DNA of 64,000 nucleotides, from contig CAZWIM010000003.1 of the NCBI GenBank assembly GCA_964634265.1, forward strand, positions 138,541-202,540, written 5' to 3'. Below the pieces are notes generated by a model that had not been told where the DNA came from, ran no database searches, and saw only the letters and a program-made list of their open reading frames with translations. The position numbers and the translations under genes are program-made. Positions 26,289-36,447 of the stretch are shown here, in pieces. Source of the stretch: an uncultured Chitinophaga sp. Its GTDB lineage: Bacteria > Bacteroidota > Bacteroidia > Chitinophagales > Chitinophagaceae. Numbering within the stretch: the stretch's first letter is position 1; every line of letters begins with the position of its first letter.

Positions 26289-27656
26289 TTACGATTCCGC
26301 AAAATATTTGTGGAAATAAGGTATCGTTTCAATGCCCTTGTAATAATTATCTATATTATATTTTTCATTAGGGCTATGCAGATTGTCATTGTCCAAGCCG
26401 AAGCCCATAAAAACAATCTTAACTCCCAGCTCCTTTTCTAATATTGAACAGATAGGAATACTTCCGCCACCCCGAACAGGGATTGGTGTTTTACCAAAAG
26501 TGGTTTCCAGTGCTTTGGATGCAGCTTTATAACCTTTACTGTCAATAGGCGTAAGATAAGGCTCACCACCGTGGTGCAACTCGGCTTTTACTTCTACAGA
26601 TGGAGGAGCGATGGATTTAAAATAATTAAGCAATACCTCAGTCATTTTATGCGATGACTGGTTGGGCACTAATCGGGCAGATATTTTTGCATATGCTTTT
26701 GAAGGTAGTACAGTTTTAGCTCCTTCGCCTGTATAGCCACCCCAGATACCATTTAATTCAAGTGTAGGCCGGATGCCGGTTCTTTCATACGTAGTATAAC
26801 CTTTTTCTCCCCACAATTCTTTTACACCCAGTTCATCTTTATATTCCTGTTCATTGTAAGGGGCTTTATTCAGCATATCCCTTTCTTCTTTTGATGCCAC
26901 CAAAACATCATCATAGAAACCAGGGATGGTAATATGGTTATTCTCATCGTGACAGGAGGCGATCATTTTGGCCAGAATGGTAATAGGGTTTGCCACAGCG
27001 CCACCGTATGTTCCGCTGTGCAGGTCACGGTTGGCACCGGTTACTTCTACCTGTATATAGCTAAGGCCTCTCATTCCTACATCCAGTGAAGGATTTTCCA
27101 TGCTGAGAAGGGCACTATCACTGATCAATATCACATCACATTTCAGCAGGTCTTTATGTGCCGCTACAAAAGGTCCAAGGTTGGGCGAACCCACTTCTTC
27201 TTCACCTTCGATCAGGAATTTGATATTGGTGGCCATGCTGTTTGTATTCGACATTATTTCCAATGCCTTTACATGCATGTAAAACTGGCCTTTGTCATCT
27301 GCAGAGCCTCTTGCAAATACTTTTCCATCTTTTATAACCGGTTCAAACGGACCGCTATGCCATAATTCCAATGGTTCAGCTGGCTGTACATCATAATGTC
27401 CGTAAACCAAAACGGTTGGTTTTGATGGATCAATTATTTTTTCACCATACACTACCGGGTGTCCGGCAGTTGCCATTACTTCTGCTTTATCGCAGCCGGC
27501 AGCCAGAAGGCTTTTCTTTACTGCCTCGGCACATTTCAGCATATCATCTTTATGTTCGCTTTTAGCGCTGACAGAGGGTATCCGCAGAAGGTCAAGCATT
27601 TCGTTCAGAAAACGGTCTTTATTTTTTTCCTGGTATTCTTTCCATGTTTGTGACAT
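26289..27656 (-). CDS. M20-family metallo-dipeptidase
   Basis: YGHYDVQP, RGSADDKG, EGEEE, DLHSG, LHSPNE. Confidence 0.94.
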   Translation of the reverse strand: MSQTWKEYQEKNKDRFLNEMLDLLRIPSVSAKSEHKDDMLKCAEAVKKSLLAAGCDKAEVMATAGHPVVYGEKIIDPSKPTVLVYGHYDVQPAEPLELWHSGPFEPVIKDGKVFARGSADDKGQFYMHVKALEIMSNTNSMATNIKFLIEGEEEVGSPNLGPFVAAHKDLLKCDVILISDSALLSMENPSLDVGMRGLSYIQVEVTGANRDLHSGTYGGAVANPITILAKMIASCHDENNHITIPGFYDDVLVASKEERDMLNKAPYNEQEYKDELGVKELWGEKGYTTYERTGIRPTLELNGIWGGYTGEGAKTVLPSKAYAKISARLVPNQSSHKMTEVLLNYFKSIAPPSVEVKAELHHGGEPYLTPIDSKGYKAASKALETTFGKTPIPVRGGGSIPICSILEKELGVKIVFMGFGLDNDNLHSPNEKYNIDNYYKGIETIPYFHKYFAES

Positions 27657-27756
27657 AAAATTGGTTTTTTGGGATGACGAAGATAAGCAGGAAGAGCTTA
27701 TGTCTGCCTGAGGTTTTTGCTGCCCGGTCCTGATTTGTATATACCCGGCTTAGGGT

Positions 27757-28365
27757 ATGCTGTCGTCAATGAAATTATCTACATTTAGCATTATGAAAGT
27801 AGTTCGGTCAATATTTACAGTGTCGTTGGTTCTGGTCTGCATGTCAGCAATGGCTGATGCAGGATTTTCTATCCGCAGGCGAACGGCCCCAAGCCAGATT
27901 ACGTTTGAGGGAACCGGTAACCTGGTCGGGTATAAATTAGTTTTGGTACAATACTCTTTTCATGGTGAGGATACCTTGCTTAGAAATCCTTTTATCAGCC
28001 GGAGAGATACGATTGCTGATGGTTACAAAATAGTTATACAGGATGGGGGGAAAAGGTGGGATGAGTCTGAGCGGTACTTACATTTTGCATTAGCCAAAAC
28101 AGATTCCGCCGGAAAAGTAACGGATACCTTTACCGTATATATGAAAAAATGGAACTATCATATGATGATCTCCGGTCAGAAAGATGGTAAGTTGCTATAC
28201 AAAATGAAAAAATCAAAAGCTTATTTTGATTATACGGTTATCGCTGATGATGAATCAGGTAATAATGGCAGGGTTAACCGTTGGATATTTATCCTTTGTT
28301 CTTTAGCAGGTCTTATGCTTTTGGTGTTATTATTCCTTAAACGAAAAAATATAAAACCGGCTTAG
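27757..28365 (+). CDS. Hypothetical secreted protein with C-terminal TM anchor and basic tail
   Basis: Signal peptide ending SAMA-DAG (start may be 27793); C-terminus WIFILCSLAGLMLLVLLFL-KRK. Confidence 0.75.
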   Translation: MLSSMKLSTFSIMKVVRSIFTVSLVLVCMSAMADAGFSIRRRTAPSQITFEGTGNLVGYKLVLVQYSFHGEDTLLRNPFISRRDTIADGYKIVIQDGGKRWDESERYLHFALAKTDSAGKVTDTFTVYMKKWNYHMMISGQKDGKLLYKMKKSKAYFDYTVIADDESGNNGRVNRWIFILCSLAGLMLLVLLFLKRKNIKPA

Positions 28366-28378
28366 GCTGTTCTTAACT

Positions 28379-28684
28379 ATGCCACTTATTATTGCATTAA
28401 TAGGGTTCTTCATAATTAAGGGAGTTTTCCAATTGCCGTTTTATCTGAGGCAGTGGAAGGCATCTCTGCTTGTTGCTTTCTTTACCAGCCTGGCAGTGGT
28501 GCCTTTAATCACCATTTTGTATCATGAAACTTCCCTGGATTTTACACTGGTTTATGCGGCTATGATATTGTTAGACATTGCTGTATTGAACTTATTGGTA
28601 CAAAGAAACTGGTGGAAAGCAATACCGGCAGCCTTAATTGTAAATACGATTGCTATTCTCTTTTTTTTCATGGGAAACGGATAA
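28379..28684 (+). CDS. 101-aa multi-TM hypothetical membrane protein (paralog of 28859..29173)
   Basis: Hydrophobic; aligns without gaps to 28859..29173. Confidence 0.7.
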   Translation: MPLIIALIGFFIIKGVFQLPFYLRQWKASLLVAFFTSLAVVPLITILYHETSLDFTLVYAAMILLDIAVLNLLVQRNWWKAIPAALIVNTIAILFFFMGNG

Positions 28685-28706
28685 TTTAAAAAATAATTTT
28701 AAAGCT

Positions 28707-28862
28707 ATGTTCAGATTTTTTTTAGATATGCCACCCGAGCCGGCTTTTACTGAAAGAGCAAAGAATAACACATGGTTAATTGTGCTTGCATTAGCAGCTT
28801 TAGTTGCCTTGGTAGCTTACTTTATCTGGAAGCAACGTAAAAACAAAGAGGATAAGAAATGA
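28707..28862 (+). CDS. 51-aa single-TM small protein
   Basis: MFRFFLDMPPEPAFTERAKNNTWLIVLALAALVALVAYFIWKQRKNKEDKK; stop overlaps the next ATG (ATGA). Confidence 0.65.
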   Translation: MFRFFLDMPPEPAFTERAKNNTWLIVLALAALVALVAYFIWKQRKNKEDKK

Positions 28863-29173
28863 ACCCATGGCTTTTTTTTGTGCTTACGCTGGTGATAGAA
28901 TACCCGGTTATTCTTTTCTTTTATAAAAAGCAGTGGAAAGAAGTTGCCATTACTTTTCTTTTGCTTAACCTTTTCACCTGGCCACTTCTGCATTTTTTTC
29001 TATTGACAACAGATATTTCACTTCCTGTAATGGAATTGGGTGTGGCTTTAGCTGAAATGACGGGGTATAAATTGTTAATGAGGAGCAGTTGGAAAAAATC
29101 GTTTGCTGCTTCATTCATTGCCAATGGGGTAAGTTATGGGGCAGGCCTGCTGATTAATAATTATATTTTATGA
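28859..29173 (+). CDS. 104-aa multi-TM hypothetical membrane protein with intramembrane Glu/Asn
   Basis: TLVIE14YP, N37, E59, E66, N89; ATGA-coupled on both sides. Confidence 0.75.
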   Translation: MNPWLFFVLTLVIEYPVILFFYKKQWKEVAITFLLLNLFTWPLLHFFLLTTDISLPVMELGVALAEMTGYKLLMRSSWKKSFAASFIANGVSYGAGLLINNYIL

Positions 29174-30240
29174 ACTTAACTTATAACCGGAGTTTGCAAC
29201 CTGTTTACTGGGGATTGCTACATGGCGTTAATGATCTTGCTGCAGGGTTTCTGCTCGCAGCTTATACATTGACACATGGGTATAACGACAGCTTTTTGTT
29301 TATCAGTATTTATGCGATACTCGGATTTGGCGGGCAATTGCCTGTTGGGTTCTGGCTGGATAAGCAAAAAAATATTGCTTTGTTTGCAAAAATTTCGGTC
29401 TCACTTTTACCTCTTTCTTTACTTTTCTTTTTTATATCTGCTGAAGCTGCGATAATATGTTCCGGAGTGGCATCAGCCTTCGTACATGTTACTGGCGGAA
29501 CAATTTGTCTTCAGGTGCATGATAATAAATCAGGGCCTTTGGGATTATTCACCGCACCTGGTGTTTTGGGCCTTACTATTGGAGGTTTATTGGGTGAGGC
29601 TGGATATTGGCTGCCCGTAATTTTATTGCTTGCGACATTGCTTGTAACTATTTCTATTTTCAGACTGCCTTTGCCGGTTTATCAGGCTCCGGAGAAAAAG
29701 GAAAGTGAATTGGATAGACATGATCTTGTGATGTTGTTGTTGTTACTTTTTATGTGCTTCCGTTCTTTTTTATTTGATGTGGTAAACTATGTAGCAGAAA
29801 ATTATGAAGATGGCGTTTTATACATCGGTGTAAGTGCCTTTTTAGGGAAAATAATTGGTGGTTTTGTGGCTGACAAAGTTGGGGTCAGAAAATTTATTTA
29901 TATAACACTTTTTACAGCACTGATCCTTTTCCAGTTCGGAAAAAATAATATTTATATGTTATGTGCAGGTATTACTTTCCTTCAAAGTTCTGTGCCTGTC
30001 ACATTACTGATGATGAGCCGTAGCCTGCTTTTTCATCCGGCTAGTGCCACTGCATTCAGTTTGGGAGCATCAATCATATTTGCCGGTTTGCCTTTATTCC
30101 TTGTTAGTGATAAGAAGGTTTTTCATGATCTTTTCACGGAACCGGGTTTAATCACAGTCATTTATATCTTGATCCTTGCGACCGCATTTTTTGTGACCGG
30201 CCTTTTTATGAAAAAACTCTTTTTGAACAGGAATGGATGA
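29170..30240 (+). CDS. MFS-like polytopic membrane protein
   Basis: About 11-12 TM; QLPVGFWLDK and IIGGFVADKVG loop motifs. Confidence 0.7.
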   Translation: MNLTYNRSLQPVYWGLLHGVNDLAAGFLLAAYTLTHGYNDSFLFISIYAILGFGGQLPVGFWLDKQKNIALFAKISVSLLPLSLLFFFISAEAAIICSGVASAFVHVTGGTICLQVHDNKSGPLGLFTAPGVLGLTIGGLLGEAGYWLPVILLLATLLVTISIFRLPLPVYQAPEKKESELDRHDLVMLLLLLFMCFRSFLFDVVNYVAENYEDGVLYIGVSAFLGKIIGGFVADKVGVRKFIYITLFTALILFQFGKNNIYMLCAGITFLQSSVPVTLLMMSRSLLFHPASATAFSLGASIIFAGLPLFLVSDKKVFHDLFTEPGLITVIYILILATAFFVTGLFMKKLFLNRNG

Positions 30241-30336
30241 AAGCTTTCGGAGGTAAAAATTATTGGTATAACTGTTTAAAAGGAATCAATAAGCTGGTTT
30301 TAAATCAATAAATACCGGCTGTTTTGGAGACTTATT

Positions 30337-32547
30337 ATGGGAATAAAATCTTCATCTAGTATTAAAATTTTGCCGATGCGTCTATTATTTTACCTGATTT
30401 TGACAATGGGAATTACCGGAACTCTTCCTGCACAACAAAACTTTAGTCTAACTGACTTTTACCCCATTCCCATGAAAGTCAAAAAGGAGATGATAAAGGC
30501 ATACACGAATCATTTGTTTTCGGGTTGTGCTGAGGGTAACTGTGTTGATGGCAAAGGAACCTGGATTTCGGTTTATGTTTCGGGATTTGGCGGCACAGGT
30601 TATTCAGCAGAATACCTGCAAAATGTAAATCTGATCTATTATATCACAAAAGGTGTTTTCAAAGACAGCGGACTTGTATGTGAGGGACAACAAACCACCA
30701 CTTATTTTCCACTCAAACGAAATCATAGCTCGGAGGATTACCAGTCGGAAAATACAGCGAGACGTATTGATACTACCACTGCCGACTTGAAAACAGGGGT
30801 ATTTGATAAATATGAAAAGGGTTTTTATAGCAATGGAGAAGTGCAATTGATAGGCATGGCTAAAAAGTATAATTATAAAAAGGCGGTAGCCTGGACTCAG
30901 TGGGATAAGATCCGGTATGCAACTGTGGAATATTCTGCCACCGATATTTTTTCAAAATTCACCGGGATTGTTGATGAATACCTGCGGCCTCTTTATGGTG
31001 TAGCAACATATCGGGATGGCAGTGTTTTCAATGGTTTTTTTATCCGGAATAGCACTGGTCCGGGTTTTTATTTTAAATCTGCTGAAACAGAAGATGGGAA
31101 GCCCAGGGACGGAGCCGGGGATTTTGATTTTATGCCGGATATTAATTTGTTTCAACAGGCCTTTTCTACTTTTAATACAGGTAATACGCATTCAATAGAA
31201 GTAGGATGGGGTGATGCGGAACAGGAGAAAGAAGCAGGTATGCAACCAGTGGAAATTTACCGGGACCTTACCCGATATGGAGGTGGTGATGCTGGTTGGA
31301 TTTTTGGTGAAGATGGAAACCGTAAAACATCCCGATACACCGGCAAGGGTATCTACTATTACAGCGAGAATCTTTTTTATTTTGGTTCTTTTGATAATGG
31401 ACGTCCGGATGGTAAAGGTTTTTTGTATTACCGGCATGTTTACAGTGATACTACGTTGTGGCCATCAGAAACTTATTTTAAGTATGGCAATTTTATTCAA
31501 GGCTTTTTTAACGATGGTTACTTTATTTTTAAAAAGGGAAACCAGTTTGTTAAAAAGGAATTGCCGGTACCAAAAATTTCAGAATCTTCTTTTCGTTCCC
31601 TGGCTAAGGAAGCCAATAATAATAACACGCAGGCACTATTGGAACTGGGTGATATTTATTTTGAAGGAAAAGAAGTGAAACCTGATGTTACGAAGGCAAT
31701 AGGCTTTTACAAAAGAGCCCTGTCTTATGGTAATGCGCAGGCTGCTATTAAACTCGGAAGCTTGTATCAAAAAGGAGATCCTGTGAAGAAAATACAACGG
31801 GATTCGCTTAAAGCTGTATACTATTATAAACGGGGCGCCCAGGTGAAACAATCTGCTATTTCATCTGCAGCGGAAATCAAAGAATGCCTGGTAAAATATT
31901 TTCTTTTTGCTTATCCCTACCTTACGAGTGAGCAAGCAGCCCGATTTACCCTTGACGATGAATATAACATGGTGTCGGAGTTGTCTGATTTAGTATCTGC
32001 AGACTGGAAAAAAAGAAGAGAAAGAGAAAGGTTAGAAGAAGAGGCAAGAAAGAAAAAGTCAGAGGAGCAGGCCAATAAAGAAAAAGCAGAAAGCAAAGAA
32101 GTAGTATTATCTGAAGAAGAAGAAAGGAATCTCGTAGGAAAAATATTTTTTAAGACCTATAGCGCCTCCACGGGAAGAAATAATTGGAGTACTGAAACAA
32201 TTTTCTACAAGATTACAGGCGTTCAAAAAGGCGAGGCCCGGGTAATTTACTCTACTACTGCAGATGTTACTATTCGTAATGGAAATAAACCGATTCAGTT
32301 GTTTGTGGCTAAGAGCAATGGATTTACCGAGGCCAGGAAAAACTATCATAAATGTAATGGATGCAGTGGAGGTGGCACTATAGCGAAAACCAGTACCAGT
32401 ACCTTTAAACACACTAACGACTATACCTATACATTGGGCAAAAAAATAACATACACTTCTACCAGAACCGTTACAAGCTATGTAAAATGTAATAAATGCT
32501 ATGGAGCCGGATTTTGTCCGGTAGATGGATCAGCTCCGGAGTGGTAG
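30337..32547 (+). CDS. Secreted multidomain protein (MORN-like, Sel1 repeats, coiled coil, DnaJ-type Zn finger)
   Basis: Signal peptide (likely start 30376); CAEGNCVDGKG; YFGSFDNGRPDGKG; two Sel1 repeats; CNGCSGGG...CNKCYGAG. Confidence 0.75.
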   Translation: MGIKSSSSIKILPMRLLFYLILTMGITGTLPAQQNFSLTDFYPIPMKVKKEMIKAYTNHLFSGCAEGNCVDGKGTWISVYVSGFGGTGYSAEYLQNVNLIYYITKGVFKDSGLVCEGQQTTTYFPLKRNHSSEDYQSENTARRIDTTTADLKTGVFDKYEKGFYSNGEVQLIGMAKKYNYKKAVAWTQWDKIRYATVEYSATDIFSKFTGIVDEYLRPLYGVATYRDGSVFNGFFIRNSTGPGFYFKSAETEDGKPRDGAGDFDFMPDINLFQQAFSTFNTGNTHSIEVGWGDAEQEKEAGMQPVEIYRDLTRYGGGDAGWIFGEDGNRKTSRYTGKGIYYYSENLFYFGSFDNGRPDGKGFLYYRHVYSDTTLWPSETYFKYGNFIQGFFNDGYFIFKKGNQFVKKELPVPKISESSFRSLAKEANNNNTQALLELGDIYFEGKEVKPDVTKAIGFYKRALSYGNAQAAIKLGSLYQKGDPVKKIQRDSLKAVYYYKRGAQVKQSAISSAAEIKECLVKYFLFAYPYLTSEQAARFTLDDEYNMVSELSDLVSADWKKRRERERLEEEARKKKSEEQANKEKAESKEVVLSEEEERNLVGKIFFKTYSASTGRNNWSTETIFYKITGVQKGEARVIYSTTADVTIRNGNKPIQLFVAKSNGFTEARKNYHKCNGCSGGGTIAKTSTSTFKHTNDYTYTLGKKITYTSTRTVTSYVKCNKCYGAGFCPVDGSAPEW

Positions 32548-32604
32548 CACTAGTATGACGGTACTTTATGTATAAAATAAATGCTATGAAACTGAATTCG
32601 TATA

Positions 32605-33801
32605 TCAGGAATTATCAATCCTCTTATTGGTTGCAGGCTGATTTTCTTTTTTTGAATTGGAATTAACCGCTTTGGTCAAAAGCTTACTGCCAAACCGGTC
32701 TTTAATATCATCGACGGCTTTATAAAGGTTTAGTTTCTCCACTTTATTTTCAAACAAACTCATTTGTGTGGTAATAGGTATCATGTGGCTGAAACGGACA
32801 CCCAATAAGCGGACAGGTCTTCCTTTCTGGTATGTTTTGTTGAAGAGGTCTTTTACTTTGGCAATCAGTATATCATCCAATGCAGTGTAGTCAACCGTTT
32901 CTTGCCTTGAAATGGTCTCAAAATCTTTATACCTGATTTTTACGGTTACACAGCCAGTCATTTTTTCATCCTCTCTAAGCCCATAGCAGGTTTTTTCTGT
33001 AAGCCTTACTAATTCTTTATGCAGAAAATCTATGTCGGTGTAATCAGTATCAAAAGTATTTTCATGGCTCATACTTTTCTGCTCCCAGTCGGTGGCAATT
33101 TCTGCACTGCCACGGCCATGAGCTTTGTGCCAAAGGGCTTCACCCCATTTTCCGGCTATACGTTCCATAATTTCCATCGGCGTTTTCGCAATATCTTCAA
33201 TGGTGTAAATACCAAAACTTTTGAGGTGTTGTTCTGTTTGTTTGCCAACACCGTTTATTTTCTCAATACCCAACGGCCATAAGAACTCCAGTTCTTTTCC
33301 ATGGGGAATTTCAAGAAAACCATTTGGCTTAGCTTCATTGGTTGCCATCTTGCTGATAAACCGGGCCGATGATAACCCTCCGGATATTGGTAAACCTGTT
33401 TCTTTTGTGACCAACTGACGCAACTCCTGCGCAAACTTTGCTGAGCCAAAATATTTATCCATGCCTGTTAAGTCCACATAAAACTCATCAATACTGGCTT
33501 TTTCAAATAAGGGTACTTTCGAGGCAATCAGTTCGGTAACCCATCGGGAATACTTACTGTACTGACTGCTGCTGGCATGTGTAACGATAGCATGCGGGCA
33601 TAACTGTAGTGCCCTTTTCATCGGCATGGCAGAATGAACTCCATATTTTCTTGCCTCGTAGCTGCAGGTGGAAACAACTCCTCTCTCATAACCACCAATA
33701 AGAACGGGTTTTCCTTTCAGAGCAGGATTATTCAGTATCTCCACCGATACAAAAAAGGAATCAAGGTCGAAGTGGGCGATATAATGTTTGATATCTGACA
33801 C
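32605..33801 (-). CDS. dinB: DNA polymerase IV
   Basis: HFDLDSFFVSVE, STCSYEAR, SIDEFY; GTG start. Confidence 0.95.
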   Translation of the reverse strand: MSDIKHYIAHFDLDSFFVSVEILNNPALKGKPVLIGGYERGVVSTCSYEARKYGVHSAMPMKRALQLCPHAIVTHASSSQYSKYSRWVTELIASKVPLFEKASIDEFYVDLTGMDKYFGSAKFAQELRQLVTKETGLPISGGLSSARFISKMATNEAKPNGFLEIPHGKELEFLWPLGIEKINGVGKQTEQHLKSFGIYTIEDIAKTPMEIMERIAGKWGEALWHKAHGRGSAEIATDWEQKSMSHENTFDTDYTDIDFLHKELVRLTEKTCYGLREDEKMTGCVTVKIRYKDFETISRQETVDYTALDDILIAKVKDLFNKTYQKGRPVRLLGVRFSHMIPITTQMSLFENKVEKLNLYKAVDDIKDRFGSKLLTKAVNSNSKKENQPATNKRIDNS

Positions 33802-33820
33802 TTTTCACTAGTCGTAAAGC

Positions 33821-34339
33821 TTATTGTAAATAGATTTCCAGTAAACCTTCAGGTAATACTACCACCACTTCCTTTTTTTGGTGGTTTACTTTCTGCAGTG
33901 TTTCCTCATGCAACGGTATTAATACTTCTTTGCCTTTTATTTCCAAACGGCAAAGGAGCTGATGAGGCTGTTCAATAAGTTCCAGTATTTCACCGAGGGC
34001 TTCATTGTTATCGATTATGGTGTAACCGAGTAAACTGGCGGGTGCTGATTTCGCAGCATATTTTTTAAAATCAGCTTCTGGTAGCCAAACCTGTTTCTGG
34101 GTTAGTTTAAGTGCGGCTTCTCTTACATCAACCCCTTCCAGTTTAACATATATTTCATCTGCGGATCTGATCTTAGCTGATTCAATAAACCAGGGGAGAA
34201 ATGAATTTTTCTTTTCTTCTATGAAAATAGCGGACAGTCCTTTTAGAGAAGTTTTTTTCCCTAACTCATGTTTCAGCACCAATTCTCCTTTGAGACCATG
34301 AACAGCAACCAATTTCCCTATTTTGAAATATTCCGTCAT
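33821..34339 (-). CDS. rimM: Ribosome maturation factor
   Basis: IGKLVAVHGLKGE; PRC barrel EVLIP; likely start MTEYF. Confidence 0.93.
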   Translation of the reverse strand: MTEYFKIGKLVAVHGLKGELVLKHELGKKTSLKGLSAIFIEEKKNSFLPWFIESAKIRSADEIYVKLEGVDVREAALKLTQKQVWLPEADFKKYAAKSAPASLLGYTIIDNNEALGEILELIEQPHQLLCRLEIKGKEVLIPLHEETLQKVNHQKKEVVVVLPEGLLEIYLQ

Positions 34340-34397
34340 ACGTTGCAAAGCAAAATATAATCTGTGTAAATCTGCATAATCTTCTCCCAAATAAAAA

Positions 34398-34424
34398 AAT
34401 CCTTCCCGGAATACGGGAAGGATT
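34398..34424 (-). terminator. Terminator after rpsP
   Basis: AATCCTTCCCG-GAATA-CGGGAAGGATT with poly-T on the minus strand. Confidence 0.85.
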
Positions 34425-34448
34425 AAGAACTTTCAGGATGCGGAGGAT

Positions 34449-34895
34449 TTATCCTTCACTTCCGCCTTCGCCTTCGGCTTTTCTCTCAGGTCTGCGACCC
34501 GGAGCGGCACGTCTGGCTCTTTTCTGGCGGTAAGATTCTTCCTGGCGTCTTTTCACCTGGGCTTCATGCTCGGCACTCCACTTGGTGAATTTTTCCATTG
34601 CTGTAGCTTCATCAAACAGACCAAGACCTACACCACGAAGCAGGTGCTTCAGATATAATACTCCTTTGAAGCTCAGGATGCGGCGAACGGTGTCAGTTGG
34701 TGTGGCACCTTTGTTCAGCCACTCAAGGGCTTTCTGACGATCCAGCTGAATAGTAGCAGGAATAGTCAGGGGGTTGTAAGTACCTAATTTCTGGATGAAT
34801 TTGCCATCACGGGGAGCCCGGGAATCGGCTACTACAATGAAGTAGAAGGGTCTTTTCTTTGACCCGTGTCTTTGAAGACGGATTTTTGCTGACAT
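34449..34895 (-). CDS. rpsP: 30S ribosomal protein S16 (C-terminally extended)
   Basis: [31 protein letters not shown]; start MSAKIR. Confidence 0.97.
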   Translation of the reverse strand: MSAKIRLQRHGSKKRPFYFIVVADSRAPRDGKFIQKLGTYNPLTIPATIQLDRQKALEWLNKGATPTDTVRRILSFKGVLYLKHLLRGVGLGLFDEATAMEKFTKWSAEHEAQVKRRQEESYRQKRARRAAPGRRPERKAEGEGGSEG

Positions 34896-35061
34896 AAATA
34901 GAAATTTAACAGCGTTAAACAATAATTGTTAGTTCCGGTAGAAACCGGACGGCAAATATAAGGCGGTCACCGCAGAATGACAAGTGAAAATTGGGGACTT
35001 ATGGGTCGAAATACAAGGTGAAATAGCCCTCATAGTAAAACTATAGACTCAAGACTAATCT

Positions 35062-36387
35062 TTATTTTTTCATTCCGGGCATCATCCTGCCGAATGCACC
35101 CATCTTGTTCATATTCTTCATCATATCCCGCATTTGCTCAAACTGTTTCATAAAAGCATTCACCTCGTTGAGGTCTTTTCCGGCCCCTTTAGCGATACGT
35201 TTTTTCCGGCTGCCGTCAATAAGGTCCGGGTCGGCTCTTTCTTCCGGAGTCATGGAGTTTATCATGGCTTCAATGCCCTTGAAGGAATCTTCGTTTATGT
35301 CAAGGTCTTTTACTTTGCTGCCAACCCCCGGTATCATACTCAGCATATCTTTCATGTTCCCCATCTTCTTGATCTGCTCCAGTTGCATTTTGAAGTCAGC
35401 AAAATCAAACTTGTTCTTCCGGATCTTGGCTTCCAGCTTTTTGGCCTGCTCTTCATCAAAGGCAGATTGGGCTTTTTCTACCAATGAAGTGATATCCCCC
35501 ATGCCAAGGATCCTTTGCGCCATTCTTTCGGGGTAGAACACATCCAGGGTATCCATTTTTTCACCACTGCTGGTAAACTTAATGGGTTTATTAACGGTGT
35601 ATTTGATAGAAAGGGCGGCACCGCCTCTTGTATCGCCATCCAGTTTTGTCAGCACCACACCTGTAAAGTCTAAGCGGTCGTTGAATGCTTTGGCGGTATT
35701 CACCGCATCCTGGCCGGTCATGCTATCCACCACAAACAAGATTTCCTGCGGATTTACTGCGCTTTTTACATTGGCCACTTCTGTCATCATCACTTCATCT
35801 ATAGCGAGGCGGCCGGCGGTATCTATGATGAGTACATTTTTATTTTTGCTTCTCGCTTCTTTAACGGCATTTTTAGCAATGTCAACTGCATCTTTATTCT
35901 CCAGTTCAATATGAACATCTACGCCAATTTGCTCACCCAGCACCCTTAATTGTTCCATCGCTGCAGGCCGGTAAATATCTGCGGCAACCAGCATGGGGGA
36001 GAGGCCTTTTTTGGATTTAAGGTAGTTGGCAAGCTTGCCGCTAAAAGTGGTTTTACCAGAACCCTGTAAGCCGGCAATCAGGATTACAGCAGGGTTACCT
36101 TTGGCGTTGAAAGGAGCTTCCTGTCCGCCCATTAATTCGGCGAGTTCATCCTTTACAATTTTCACCATTAACTGGCCCGGAGAAATGGCATTGAGCACCT
36201 TTTCTCCCAGTGCCTTATCCTTCACTTTGTCGGTAAATTCTTTGGCAATCTTATAATTTACATCGGCATCTACCAATGCCCGGCGGATGTCTTTTACGGT
36301 AGAAGCGATGTTAAGTTCAGTAATGCGTCCCTGGCCTTTCAGGTTTTTAAACGCCGATTCCAGTTTTTCCTGTAATGAATTGAACAT
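35062..36387 (-). CDS. ffh: Signal recognition particle protein
   Basis: GLQGSGKTT, DTAGR, TKLDGDTRGG, Met-rich M domain. Confidence 0.98.
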   Translation of the reverse strand: MFNSLQEKLESAFKNLKGQGRITELNIASTVKDIRRALVDADVNYKIAKEFTDKVKDKALGEKVLNAISPGQLMVKIVKDELAELMGGQEAPFNAKGNPAVILIAGLQGSGKTTFSGKLANYLKSKKGLSPMLVAADIYRPAAMEQLRVLGEQIGVDVHIELENKDAVDIAKNAVKEARSKNKNVLIIDTAGRLAIDEVMMTEVANVKSAVNPQEILFVVDSMTGQDAVNTAKAFNDRLDFTGVVLTKLDGDTRGGAALSIKYTVNKPIKFTSSGEKMDTLDVFYPERMAQRILGMGDITSLVEKAQSAFDEEQAKKLEAKIRKNKFDFADFKMQLEQIKKMGNMKDMLSMIPGVGSKVKDLDINEDSFKGIEAMINSMTPEERADPDLIDGSRKKRIAKGAGKDLNEVNAFMKQFEQMRDMMKNMNKMGAFGRMMPGMKK

Positions 36388-36418
36388 AGTTCACAAAAGT
36401 TTTCACTGTCACACAAAG

Positions 36419-36447
36419 AAAAAGTGAACATCAAATGTTCACTTTTT
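36419..36447. repeat. 13-bp inverted repeat in the ffh upstream region
   Basis: AAAAAGTGAACAT-CAA-ATGTTCACTTTTT. Confidence 0.85.

Noticed and set aside
1145-34895. trmD separated from rpsP-rimM
   Set aside because: As far as I know this split is common in Bacteroidota, and I see no mobile-element scar.
34961-35061. Searched for SRP RNA (ffs) next to ffh
   Set aside because: No SRP domain-IV motif or long stem was recognised.
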